From: the human T2T-CHM13v2.0 reference genome, Homo sapiens
Reading direction: 5' to 3'
DNA: 64,000 bases
Assembly (NCBI GenBank): GCA_009914755.4
Contig: CP086569.2
Coordinates: 55,904,001 to 55,968,000, forward strand
Below are positions 40,987-63,924 of the stretch, one piece after another (positions within the stretch are counted from its first letter, which is position 1; the number at the start of each line of letters is the position of its first letter). Made by a program: the position numbers and the translations under genes. The notes under the pieces were generated by a model. The model saw only the letters and a list, made by a program, of their open reading frames with translations. It was not told where the DNA came from and did no database searches.

Positions 40987-43900
40987 ATGCAATTTAATAA
41001 AATAGGATCAAATGTAATGGAATGGAATGGAAAGGAATCGAAACGAAAGGAATGGAGACAGATTTAATGGAATAGAACAGAGAGCAATGGTATAGAATGG
41101 AATGGAATCATCTGGAATGGAATTGAATGGAATGGAATAATATGAAATGGAATGGAATGGAATGGAATGGAATGCCCTTGAATTAAATGGACTGGAATGG
41201 AATGGACTCGAACAGAGTGGAATGGAAAGTGTTGAGATAGAATGGAATGGACTCGTTTGGAATGGTCTAGTATGCAATGCAATCGACTGGCAGGGAATCA
41301 AAAGGAATGTAATCGAATGGATTGGACTGGAATGCAATGGACTCGAATAGATTGCAAACGGAATGCAAAGGAATGGAATGGAATAGTATGGAATGGAATG
41401 GAAAGGAATGGAGCGGAATAGACTAGAGTGGAATGGAATGGACTGGAAAGCAATGGACTGGAATGGAACTTTCTTGAATGGACTGGAATCAAACGGAATG
41501 GAATGCAATGCAATCAAATGGCATGGAATAAAATAGAATGAAAGAGAATCAAATGGAATTGAATCGAATGGAATCGAATGGATTGGAAAGGAATAGAATG
41601 GAATGGAATGGAATGGACTAGAATGGAATGGATTCGAATGGAAGGCAAAGGAATGGAATCTATTGGAATGGACTGTAATGGAATGGAATGGAAGGGATTG
41701 GAATGGACTCGAATGGAATGGACTGCAATAGAAAGGATTCGAATGGAATGAAAAAGAATTGAATGGAATAGAACAGAATGGAATCAAATCGAATGAAATG
41801 GAATGGAATAGAAAGGAATGGAATGAAATGGAATGGAAAGGATTCGAATGGAATGCAATCGAATGGAATGGAATCGAACGGAATGGAATAAAATGGAAGA
41901 AAACTGGCAAGAAATGGAATCGAAATGAATGGAGTGTTATGGAACGGACTCAAAAGGAATTGAATGTAATAGAATGGAGTGGAGTGGACTCGAATATAAT
42001 GGACTGGAATGGAATGAAATCACATGGAATGGGAACGAATAGAATGGAATGGAAAGGAATGGAATCGAATGGAAAGGAATCGAATGGAAGGGAATGAAAT
42101 TGAATCAACAGGAATGGAAGGGAATAGAATAGACGGTAATGGAATGGACTCGAATAGAATGGACACGAATGCTCAAATTGAATGGACTCGAATGGAATGG
42201 AAACGAAAGGAATGTCATCGAATGGAATTGAATCGATTGGAATGAAATCGCATAGAATGGAGTGGAATCAAATGGAATTGAATCGAAAGGAAAGGAAGCG
42301 AATGGACTGAAATGAAATGGAATGGAATTGAATGGAAAGTAATGCAATGGAATAGAATGGAACGAAATTTCACGGAATGGAATCAAACTGAATGGAATCA
42401 AATCAATGGAATCCAATCAAATGGAATGGAGTAGATTGGATTGGATGGGATTGGAATGAAATGTACTGGAAAGGACTCGAATTTCATGAAACGGAATGGA
42501 ATGAATTGGAACGGAATGGACTCGAATGGAATGGAATGTCATGGAATGGCATCAAATGGAATGGCATCAAATGGAATGGAATCGAATGCAATGGAATGCT
42601 ATGGAATGGAATGGAATGCATTGGAATGGAATGTCCTCTAATGGAATGGATTCGAGTGGAATGGAATCGAATATAATGGAGTCGAATGAAATGGAATTGA
42701 AAGGAATGGGATCGAATACAATGGAATATACTGGAATGTAATGTAATGAACTCGAATGTAATTGACTGGAATGGAATGTACATGAATGGAATGTAATCGA
42801 ATGGAAAGTAATCCAATGGAATAGAATTTAATGCAATAAAATCGACTCAGATAGAGTAGAATGTAATGGAATGGAGTGCAGTGCAATGGAATGGAATGGA
42901 ATGGAATGCAATAGAATGGAATGGAATGGAATGGAATGCAATGGAATGGGATGGAATGGTATGGAATGGATGGTAATGGACTGGAGTGAAATGGACTGGA
43001 AAGGAATGGACTCAAATTGAAAGGGCTGGAAAGGAATGGAGTCAAATGGAATGGTCTGGAATGGAATGAACACGAAAGTAATGCAATCCAATAGAATGGA
43101 ATCGAATGGCATGGAATATAATGAAATGGAATCGAAGAGAATGGAAACAAATGGAATGGAATTGAATGGAATGGAATTGAATGGAATGGGAACGAATGGA
43201 GTGAAATTGTATGCAGTAGAAGGGAATAGAATGGAATGCAAGCGAAAGGAAAGGAATGGATTGGAATGGAATGGAATTCATTGGAATGGAAGGGAATGTA
43301 GTGTAATGGACAGGCCTGGAATAAAGTGGAATGCTACGGTCTCGAATGGAATAAAAATGTATGGAATGGAATGCAATGAAACGGAATCGAATGTCATAGA
43401 ATGTAATGGAATGCAAAAAAATGGAATCCAAAATCATTGACTGGAAAGGCTGGGTGTCGAAAGGAATTGACTCCAATGGAATGGAATCGAATGGAATGGA
43501 AGTGAATAGAATCGAACTAAATCGAATGGAATGGAATTGATAGGAACGGAATGGAAAGGAATGCAATGATTTGGCACGGAAAGGAATCGAATGGCATCGA
43601 ACGGAATGGAATGGAATGCAATTGAATGGAACGTATTAGAATGTAATGAACTTTAATGGAATGTACTCGAATGGATTCGACTGGAATGGAATGTTCTCGA
43701 AGTGAATGGACTCCAATGGAATGGATTCAAAAGGAATGGAATCGTACGGAATGGAATCTAATGGAATGGAATTAAATGGAAATGAATCAAATTGAATAGC
43801 ATGGAATTGAATTGAATGGAATCGAATGCAATGGAATCTAATGAAACGGAAAGGAAAGTAATGGAATGGAATGGAATGGGCTGGAATGGAAAGGAATCGA

Positions 43901-44514
43901 AACGAATGGAATGGAATCGAACTGACGAGACTGGAATGGAATGCACTGGAATGGAAGGGAGTGTAATGGAAGGTTCTCGAAAAAAATGGAATCGAATGGA
44001 ATGGAATTGAATGGAACGGAATAGAGTCGAATGGAATTGAATGGAATGGAATGGACTAGAGTGAAATGGAATCGAACCACAAGGAATGGAGAGGAATAGA
44101 ATGGTCTCGAATTGAATGGAATCGTATGGAATGGCATCAAACGGAATGGAATGGACAGCCACGGAATGGAATGCACTCGAATGCCATGGAGTCGAAACTA
44201 ATGGACTGGAATAGAATGGATTCGACTGGTACGGACTCCAATGGAATGGAATCGAATGGAAGGGAATCGAACGGAATGGACTCGAAGGGAAAAGACTGCA
44301 ATGGAAAGGTCTCGAATGGAATAGAAATTAATGGAATGGAATGGAATCGAATGAAATGGAGTCAAAAGGAATGGAATCGAATGGCAAGAAATCGAATGTA
44401 ATGGAATCGCCAGGAATTGATGTGAACGGAACGGAATGGAATGGAATCCAAAGGAATGGAATAGAATGGAATGGAATCGAATGGAAAGGACTCGAATGGA
44501 AATCACTCGAATAG
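40987..44514 (+). repeat. DYZ1-like HOR copy 12 (3528 bp; has the same 15-bp deletion near 41601 as copy 8)
   Basis: Anchor motif at 40987 and 44515. Confidence 0.8.
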
Positions 44515-47500
44515 AATGCAATTTAATAAAATAGGATCAAATGTAATGGAATGGAATGGAAAGGAATCGAAACGAAAGGAATGGAGACAGATGGAATGGA
44601 ATGGAACAGAGAGCAATGGTATAGAATGGAATGGAATCATCTGGAATGGAATTGAATGGAATGGAATAATATGAAATGGAATGGAATGGAATGGAATGGA
44701 ATGCCCTTGAATTAAATGGACTGGAATGGAATGGACTCGAACAGAGTGGAATGGAAAGTGTTGAGATAGAATGGAATGGACTCGTTTGGAATGGTGTAGT
44801 ATGCAATGCAATCGACTGGCAGGGAATCAAAAGGAATGTAATCGAATGGATTGGACTGGAATGCAATGGACTCGAATAGATTGCAAACGGAATGCAAAGG
44901 AATGGAATGGAATAGTATGGAATGGAATGGAAAGGAATGGAGTGGAATAGACTAGAGTGGAATGGAATGGACTGGAAAGCAATGGACTGGAATGGAACTT
45001 TCTTGAATGGACTGGAATCAAACGGAATGGAATGCAATGCAATCAAATGGCATGGAATAAAATAGAATGAAAGAGAATCAAATGGAATTGAATCGAATGG
45101 AATCGAATGGATTGGAAAGGAATAGAATGGAATGGAATGGAATTGACTCAAATGGAATGGACTAGAATGGAATGGATTCGAATGGAAGGCAAAGGAATGG
45201 AATCTATTGGAATGGACTGTAATGGAATGGAATGGAAGGGATTGGAATGGACTCGAATGGAATGGACTGCAATAGAAAGGATTCGAATGGAATGAAAAAG
45301 AATTGAATGGAATAGAACAGAATGGAATCAAATCGAATGAAATGGAATGGAATAGAAAGGAATGGAATGAAATGGAATGGAAAGGATTCGAATGGAATGC
45401 AATCGAATGGAATGGAATCGAACGGAATGGAATAAAATGGAAGAAAACTGGCAAGAAATGGAATCGAAATGAATGGAGTGTTATGGAACGGACTCAAAAG
45501 GAATTGAATGTAATAGAATGGAGTGGAGTGGACTCGAATATAATGGACTGGAATGGAATGAAATCACATGGAATGGGAACGAATGGAATGGAATGGAAAG
45601 GAATGGAATCGAATGGAATCGAATTGAAAGGAATCGAATGGAAGGGAATGAAATTGAATCAACAGGAATGGAAGGGAATAGAATAGACGGTAATGGAATG
45701 GACTCGAATAGAATGGACACGAATGCTCAAATTGAATGGACTGGAATGGAATGGAAACGAAAGGAATGTCATCGAATGGAATTGAATCGATTGGAATGAA
45801 ATCGCATAGAATGGAGTGGAATCAAATGGAATTGAATCGAAAGGAAAGGAAGCGAATGGACTGAAATGAAATGGAATGGAATTGAATGGAAAGTTATGTA
45901 ATAGAATAGAATGGAACGAAATTTCACTGAATGGAATCAAACTGAATGGAATCAAATCAATGGAATCAAATCAAATGGAATGGAAAGGAATTGAATGGAG
46001 TAGATTGGATTGGATGGGATTGGAATGAAATGTACTGGAAAGGACTCGAATTTCATGAAACGGAATGGAATGAATTGGAACGGAACGGACTCGAATGGAA
46101 TGGAATGTCATGGAATGGCATCAAATGGAATGGCATCAAATGGAATGGAATCGAATGCAATGGAATGCTATGGAATGGAATGGAATGCATTGGAATGGAA
46201 TGTCCTCTAATGGAAGGGATTCGAGTGGAATGGAATCGAATATAATGGAGTCGAATGAAATGGAATTGAAAGGAATGGGATCGAATACAATGCAATATAC
46301 TGGAATGTAATGTAATGAACTCGAATGTAATTGACTGGAATGGAATGTACATGAATGGAATGTAATCGAATGGAAAGTAATCCAATGGAATAGAATCTAA
46401 TGCAATAAAATCGACTCAGATAGAGTAGAATGTAATGGAATGGAGTGCAGTGCCATGGAATGGAATGGAATGGAATGGAATGGAATGGAATGCAATGGAA
46501 TGGAATGGAATGGAATGGAATGGGATGGAATGGTGTGGAATGGATAGTAATGGACTGGAGTGAAATGGACTGGAAAGGAATGGACTCAAATTGAAAGGGC
46601 TCGAAAGGAATGGAGTCAAATGGAATGGTCTGGAATGGAATGAACACGAATGTAATGCAACCCAATAGAATGGAATCGAATGGCATGGAATATAAAGAAA
46701 TGGAATCGAAGAGAATGGAAACAAATGGAATGGAATTGAATGGAATGGAATTGAATGGAATGGGAACGAATGGAGTGAAATTGTATGCAGTAGAAGAGAA
46801 TAGAATGGAATGCAAGCGAAAGGAAAGGAATGGATTGGAATGGAATGGAATTCATTGGAATGGAAGGGAATGTAGTGTAATGGACAGGCCTGGAATAAAG
46901 TGGAATGCTACGGTCTCGAATGGAATAAAAATGTATGGAATGGAATGCAATGAAACGGAATCGAATGTCATAGAATGTAATGGAATGCAACAAAATGGAA
47001 TCCAAAATCATTGACTGGAAAGGCTGGGTGACGAAAGGAATTGACTCCAATGGAATGGAATCGAATGGAATGGAAGAGAATAGAATCGAACTAAATCGAA
47101 TGGAATGGAATTGATAGGAACGGAATGGAAAGGAATGCAATCATTTGGCATGGAATGGAATCGAATGGCATCGAATGGAATGGAATGGAATGCAATGGAA
47201 TGGAATGTATTAGAATGTAATGAACTTTAATGGAATGTACTCGAATGGAATCGACTGGAATGGAATGTTCTGGAAGTGAATGGACTCCAATGGAATGGAT
47301 TCAAAAGGAATGGAATCGTACGGAATGGAATCTAATGGAATGGAATTAAATGGAAATGAATCAAACTGAATAGAACGGAATTGAATTGAATGGAATCGAA
47401 TGCAATGGAATCTAATGAAACGGAAAGGAAAGGAATGGAATGGAATGGAATGGGCTGGAATGGAAAGGAATCGAAACGAATGGAATGGAATCGAACTGAA

Positions 47501-48087
47501 GAGACTGGAATGGAATGCACTGGATGGAAGGGAGTGTAATGGAAGGTTCTCGAAAAAAATGGAATCGAATGGAATGGAATTGAATGGAACGGAATAGAGT
47601 CGAATGGAATTGAATGGAATGGAATGGACTAGAGTGAAATGGAATCGAACCACAAGGAATGGACAGGAATAGAATGGTCTCGAATTGAATGGAATCGTAT
47701 GGAATGGCATCAAACGGAATGGAATGGACAGCCACGGAATGGAATGCACTCGAATGCAATGGAGTCGAAACTAATGGACTGGAATAGAATGGACTCGACT
47801 GGTACGGACTCCAATGGAATGGAATCGAATGGAAGGGAATCGAACGGAATGGACTCGAAGGGAAAAGACTGCAATGGAAAGGTCTCGAATGGAATGGAAA
47901 TTAATGGAATGGAATGGAATCGAATGAAATGGAGTCAAAAGGAATGGAATCGAATGGCAAGAAATCGAATGTAATGGAATCGCAAGGAATTGATGTGAAC
48001 GGAACGGAATGGAATGGAATCCAAAGGAATGGAATAGAATGGAATGGAATCGAATGGAAAGGACTCGAATGGAAATCACTCGAATAG
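44515..48087 (+). repeat. DYZ1-like HOR copy 13 (3573 bp; ~10-bp insertion near 45611)
   Basis: Anchor motif at 44515 and 48088. Confidence 0.8.
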
Positions 48088-51000
48088 AATGCAATTTAAT
48101 AAAATAGGATCAAATGTAATGGAATGGAATGGAAAGGAATCGAAACGAAAGGAATGGAGACAGATGGAATGGAATGGAACAGAGAGCAATGGTATAGAAT
48201 GGAATGGAATCATCTGGAATGGAATTGAATGGAATGGAATAATATGAAATGGAATGGAATGGAATGGAATGGAATGCCCTTGAATTAAATGGACTGGAAT
48301 GGAATGGACTCGAACAGAGTGGAATGGAAAGTGTTGAGATAGAATGGAATGGACTCCTTTGGAATGCTGTAGTATGCAATGCAATCGACTGGCAGGGAAT
48401 CAAAAGGAATGTAATCGAATGGATTGGACTGGAATGCAATGGACTCGAATAGATTGGAAACGGAATGCAAAGGAATGGAATGGAATAGTATGGAATGGAA
48501 TGGAAAGGAATGGAGTGGAATAGACTAGAGTGGAATGGAATGGACTCGAAAGCAATGGACTGGAATGGAACTTTCTTGAATGGACTGGAATCAAACGGAA
48601 TGGAATGCAATGCAATCAAATGGCATGGAATAAAATAGAATGAAAGAGAATCAAATGGAATTGAATCGAATGGAATCGAATGGATTGGAAAGGAATAGAA
48701 TGGAATGGAATGGAATTGACTCAAATGGAATGGACTAGAATGGAATGGATTCGAATGGAAGGCAAAGGAATGGAATCTATTGGAATGGACTGTAATGGAA
48801 TGGAATGGAAGGGATTGGAATGGACTCGAATGGAATGGACTGCAATAGAAAGGATTCGAATGGAATGAAAAAGAATTGAATGGAATAGAACAGAATGGAA
48901 TCAAATCGAATGAAATGGAATGGAATAGAAAGGAATGGAATGAAATGGAATGGAAAGGATTCGAATGGAATGCAATCGAATGGAATGGAATCGAACGGAA
49001 TGGAATAAAATGGAAGAAAACTGGCAAGAAATGGAATCGAAATGAATGGAGTGTTATGGAACGGACTCAAAAGGAATTGAATGTAATAGAATGGAGTGGA
49101 GTGGACTCGAATATAATGGACTGGAATGGAATGAAATCACATGGAATGGGAACGAATGGAATGGAATGGAAAGGAATGGAATCGAATGGAAAGGAATCGA
49201 ATGGAAGGGAATGAAATTGAATCAACAGGAATGGAAGGGAATAGAATAGACGGTAATGGAATGGACTCGAATAGAATGGACACGAATGCTCAAATTGAAT
49301 GGACTCGAATGGAATGGAAACGAAAGGAATGTCATCGAATGGAATTGAATCGATTGGAATGAAATAGCATAGAATGGAGTGGAATCAAATGGAATTGAAT
49401 CGAAAGGAAAGGAAGCGAATGGACTGAAATGAAATGGAATGCAATTGAATGGAAAGTTATGTAATGGAATAGAATGGAACGAAATTTCACGGAATGCAAT
49501 CAAACTGAATGGAATCAAATCAATGGAATCAAATCAAATTGAATGGAAAGGAATTGAATGGAGTAGATTGGATTGGATGGGATTGGAATGAAATGTACTG
49601 GAAAGGACTCGAATTTCATGAAACGGAATGGAATGAATTGGAACGGAACGGACTCGAATGGAATGGAATGTCATGGAATGGCATCAAATGGAATGGCATC
49701 AAATGGAATGGAATCGAATGCAATGGAGTGCTATGGAATGGAATGGAATGCATTGGAATGGAATGTCCTCTAATGGAATGGATACGAGTGGAATGGAATC
49801 GAATATAATGGAGTCGAATGAAATGGAATTGAAAGGAATGGGATCGAATACAATGGAATATACTGGAATGTAATGTAATGAACTCGAATGTAATTGACTG
49901 GAATGGAATGTATATGAATGGAATGTAATTGAATGGAAAGTAATCCAATGGAATAGAATCTAATGCAATAAAATCGACTCAGATAGAGTAGAATGTAATG
50001 GAATGGAGTGCAGTGCAATGGAATGGAATGGAATGGAATGCAATGGAATGGAATGGAATGGAATGGAATGGAATGGGATGGAATGGTGTGGAATGGATAG
50101 TAATGGACTGGAGTGAAATGGACTGGAAAGGAATGGCCTCAAATTGAAAGGGCTCGAAAGGAATGGAGTCAAATGGAATGGTCTGGAATGGAATGAACAC
50201 GAATGTAATGCAATCCAATAGAATGGAATCGAATGGCATGGAATATAAAGAAATGGAATCGAAGAGAATGGAAACAAATGGAATGGAATTGAATGGAATG
50301 GAATTGAATGGAATGGGAACGAATGGAGTGAAATTGTATGCAGTAGAAGAGAATAGAATGGAATGCAAGCGAAAGGAAAGGAATGGATTGGAATGGAATG
50401 GAATTCATTGGAATGGAAGGGAATGTAGTGTAATGGACAGGCCTGGAATAAAGTGGAATGCTACGGTCTCGAATGGAATAAAAATGTATGGAATGGAATG
50501 CAATGAAACGGAATCGAATGTCATAGAATGTAATGGAATGCAAAAAAATGGAATCCAAAATCATTGACTGGAAAGGCTGGGTGTCGAAAGGAATTGTCTC
50601 CAATGGAATGGAATCGAATGGAATGGAAGTGAATAGAATCGAACTAAATCGAATGGAATGGAATTGATAGGAACGGAATGGAAAGGAATGCAATGATTTG
50701 GCATGGAATGCAATCGAATGGCATCGAATGGAATGGAATGGAATGCAATGGAATGGAATGTATTAGAATGTAATGAACTTTAATGGTATGTACTCGAATG
50801 GATTCGACTGGAATGGAATGTTCTGGAAGTGAATGGACTCCAATGGAATGGATTCAAAAGGAATGGAATCGTACGGAATGGAATCTAATGGAATGGAATT
50901 AAATGGAAATGAATCAAATTGAATAGCACGGAATTGAATTGAATGGAATCGAATGCAATGGAATCTAATGAAACGGAAAGGAAAGGAATGGAATGGAATG

Positions 51001-51642
51001 GAATGGGCTGGAATGGAAAGGAATCGAAACGAATGGAATGGAATCGAACTGAAGAGACTGGAATGGAATGCACTGGAATGGAAGGGAGTGTAATGGAAGG
51101 TTCTCGAAAAAAATGGAATGGAATGGAATGGAATTGAATGGAACGGAATAGAGTCGAATGGAATTGAATGGAATGGAATGGACTAGAGTGAAATGGAATC
51201 GAACCACAAGGAATGGACAGGAATAGAATGGTCTCGAATTGAATGGAATCGTATGGAATGGCATCAAACGGAATGGAATGGACAGCCACGGAATGGAATG
51301 CACTCGAATGCAATGGAGTCGAAACTAATGGACTGGAATAGAATGGACTCGACTGGTACGGACTCCAATGGAATGGAATCGAATGGAAGGGAATCGAACG
51401 GAATGGACTCGAAGGGAAAAGACTGCAATGGAGAGGTCTCGAATGGAATGGAAATTAATGGAATGGAATGGAATCGAATGAAATGGAGTCAAAAGGAATG
51501 GAATCGAATGGCAAGAAATCGAATGTAATGGAATCGCAAGGAATTGATGTGAACGGAACGGAATGGAATGGAATCCAAAGGAATGGAATAGAATGGAATG
51601 GAATCGAATGGAAAGGACTCGAATGGAAATCACTCGAATAGA
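48088..51642 (+). repeat. DYZ1-like HOR copy 14 (3555 bp; extra GGCC at ~50134 from 'ggaatggcctc')
   Basis: Anchor motif at 48088 and 51643. Confidence 0.8.
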
Positions 51643-53494
51643 ATGCAATTTAATAAAATAGGATCAAATGTAATGGAATGGAATGGAAAGGAATCGAAAC
51701 GAAAGGAATGGAGACAGATGGAATGGAATGGAACAGAGAGCAATGGTATAGAATGGAATGGAATCATCTGGAATGGAATTGAATGGAATGGAATAACATG
51801 AAATGGACTGGAATGGAATGGAATGCCCTTGAATTAAATGGACTGGAATGGAATGGACTCGAACAGAGTGGAATGGAAAGTGTTGAAATATAATGGAATG
51901 GACTGGTTTGGAATGGTCTAGTATGCAATGCAATCGACTGGCAGGGAATCAAAAGGAATGTAATCGAATGGATTGGACTGGAATGCAATGGACTCGAATA
52001 GATTGGAAACGGAATGCAAAGGAATGGAATGGAATAGTATGGAATGGAATGGAAAGGAATGGAGTGGAATAGACTAGAGTGGAATGGAATGGACTCGAAA
52101 GCAATGGACTGGAATGGAACTTTCTTGAATGGACTGGAATCAAACGGAATGGAATGCAATGCAATCAAATGGCATGGAATAAAATAGAATGAAAGAGAAT
52201 CAAATGGAATTGAATCGAATGGAATCGAATGGATTGGAAAGGAATAGAATGGAATGGAATGGAATTGACTCAAATGGAATGGACTAGAATGGAATGGATT
52301 CGAATGGAAGGCAAAGGAATGGAATCTATTGGAATGGACTGTAATGGAATGGAATGGAAGGGATTGGAATGGACTCGAATGGAATGGACTGCAATAGAAA
52401 GGATTCGAATGGAATGAAAAAGAATTGAATGGAATAGAACAGAATGGAATCAAATCGAATGAAATGGAATGGAATAGAAAGGAATGGAATGAAATGGAAT
52501 GGAAAGGATTCGAATGGAATGCAATCGAATGGAATGGAATCGAACGGAATGGAATAAAATGGAAGAAAACTGGCAAGAAATGGAATCGAAATGAATGGAG
52601 TGTTATGGAACGGACTCAAAAGGAATTGAATGTAATAGAATGGAGTGGAGTGGACTCGAATATAATGGACTGGAATGGAATGAAATCACATGGAATGGGA
52701 ACGAATGGAATGGAATGGAAAGGAATGGAATCGAATGGAAAGGAATCGAATGGAAGGGAATGAAATTGAATCAACAGGAATGGAAGGGAATAGAATAGAC
52801 GGTAATGGAATGGACTCGAATAGAATGGACACGAATGCTCAAATTGAATGGACTCGAATGGAATGGAAACGAAAGGAATGTCATCGAATGGAATTGAATC
52901 GATTGGAATGAAATCGCATAGAATGGAGTGGAATCAAATGGAATTGAATCGAAAGGAAAGGAAGCGAATGGACTGAAATGAAATGGAATGGAATTGAATG
53001 GAAAGTAATGCAATGGAAAAGAATGGAACGAAATTTCACGGAATGGAATCAAACTGAATGGAATCAAATCAATGGAATCAAATCAAATGGAATGGAAAGG
53101 AATTGAATGGAGTAGATGGGATTGGATGGGATTGGAATGAAATGTACTGGAAAGGACTCGAATTTCATGAAACGGAATGGAATGAATTGGAACGGAATGG
53201 ACTCGAATGGAATGGAATGTCATGGAATGGCATCAAATGGAATGGCATCAAATGGAATGGAATCGAATGTAATGGAATGGAATGCATTGGAATGGAATGT
53301 CCTCTAATGGAATGGATTCGAGTGGAATGGAATCGAATATAATGGAGTCGAATGAAATGGAATTGAAAGGAATGGGATCGAATACAATGGAATATACTGG
53401 AATGTAATGTAATGAACTCGAATGTATTTGACTGGAATGGAATGTACATGAATGGAATGTAATCGAATGGAAAGTAATCCAATGGAATAGAATC
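51643..53494 (+). repeat. DYZ1-like terminal HOR copy, truncated at 1852 bp by the junction with the AT-rich satellite
   Basis: The anchor is at 51643. The pentamer satellite stops at '...aaagtaatccaatggaatagaatc' (53494), where other copies continue 'taatgcaataaaatcgactca'. Confidence 0.8.
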
Positions 53495-54542
<1,048 letters not shown>

Positions 54543-55109
54543 ATAATTTTTAAATGAAAAAAAATTTCAAAGGTACTCTGCTTGGTACAATAATCAAATG
54601 TATAAACTGAGGAATAAAACATAACCATGAAACCTACTTATAACTGCATATGGAAAATACAAAGGATAATTTTTTAAATAACATATTGTTAAAGCCTTAA
54701 CTAGTAATTTGAAGAGTTGGCATTTGAAAGGCCAGTATGAATATACCTTCACAGCAGCAACACAGGTTCCCCATGAGAAAAAGCAAACTCAGGGAAAATA
54801 AAACCACAAAGGTTCAATCTCTTCTGACCTTTGAAAGACACAGCACAGACAGTGGTCCTTAGGACGAAGAGCAGGAGACCCCTAATTCCGTCACCATGGC
54901 GATAGGGCATAAACATTGCTGGGTAAGGGCACAATCCACATTGTGAGGTCCAACTGCTGCCAGGAAGACAGGAGTGCTTTTACATAGACCGAAAGGTCAT
55001 TGAAGGCTCAGAGTTTTGTTTCAAGAACTGAATCCCAAGCCCACACGTTATTAGGCTGCGCTTCTTAAAATAAGTTATGAGATGGGAAAAAGGGCACCCA
55101 CAAACATAC
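54543..55109. other. Low-repeat ~567-bp segment of the DYZ2-like unit (origin unidentified). Recurs at 56963-57529, 59383-59949 and 61803-62369.
   Basis: Moderate-GC sequence ('...ggaaaatacaaaggataattttttaaataacatattgttaaagcc...gggcacccacaaacatacg') lying between the Alu and the AT-rich block. It carries a 61-aa minus-strand ORF in every copy. Confidence 0.6.

Positions 55110-63924
<8,815 letters not shown>

Larger units (their letters stand above)
1..53494 (+). repeat. HSat3 (GGAAT)n satellite array organised as a ~3.55-kb higher-order repeat; DYZ1-like (Yq12)
   Basis: Seen in sequence: near-continuous GGAAT pentamers and single-base variants (CGAAT, GCAAT, GGACT, GGAGT) on the + strand for 53.5 kb. 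The 43-mer 'gaatgcaatttaataaaataggatcaaatg' recurs at 44, 3588, 7134, 10703, 14262, 17821, 21380, 24929, 28453, 32027, 35590, 40987, 44515, 48088 and 51643, giving periods of 3524-3574 bp. GGCC recurs once per copy at 2382, 5931, 9500, 13059 and so on. Established knowledge: DYZ1 is a ~3.56-kb HaeIII HOR made of HSat3 pentamers. Confidence 0.9.
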
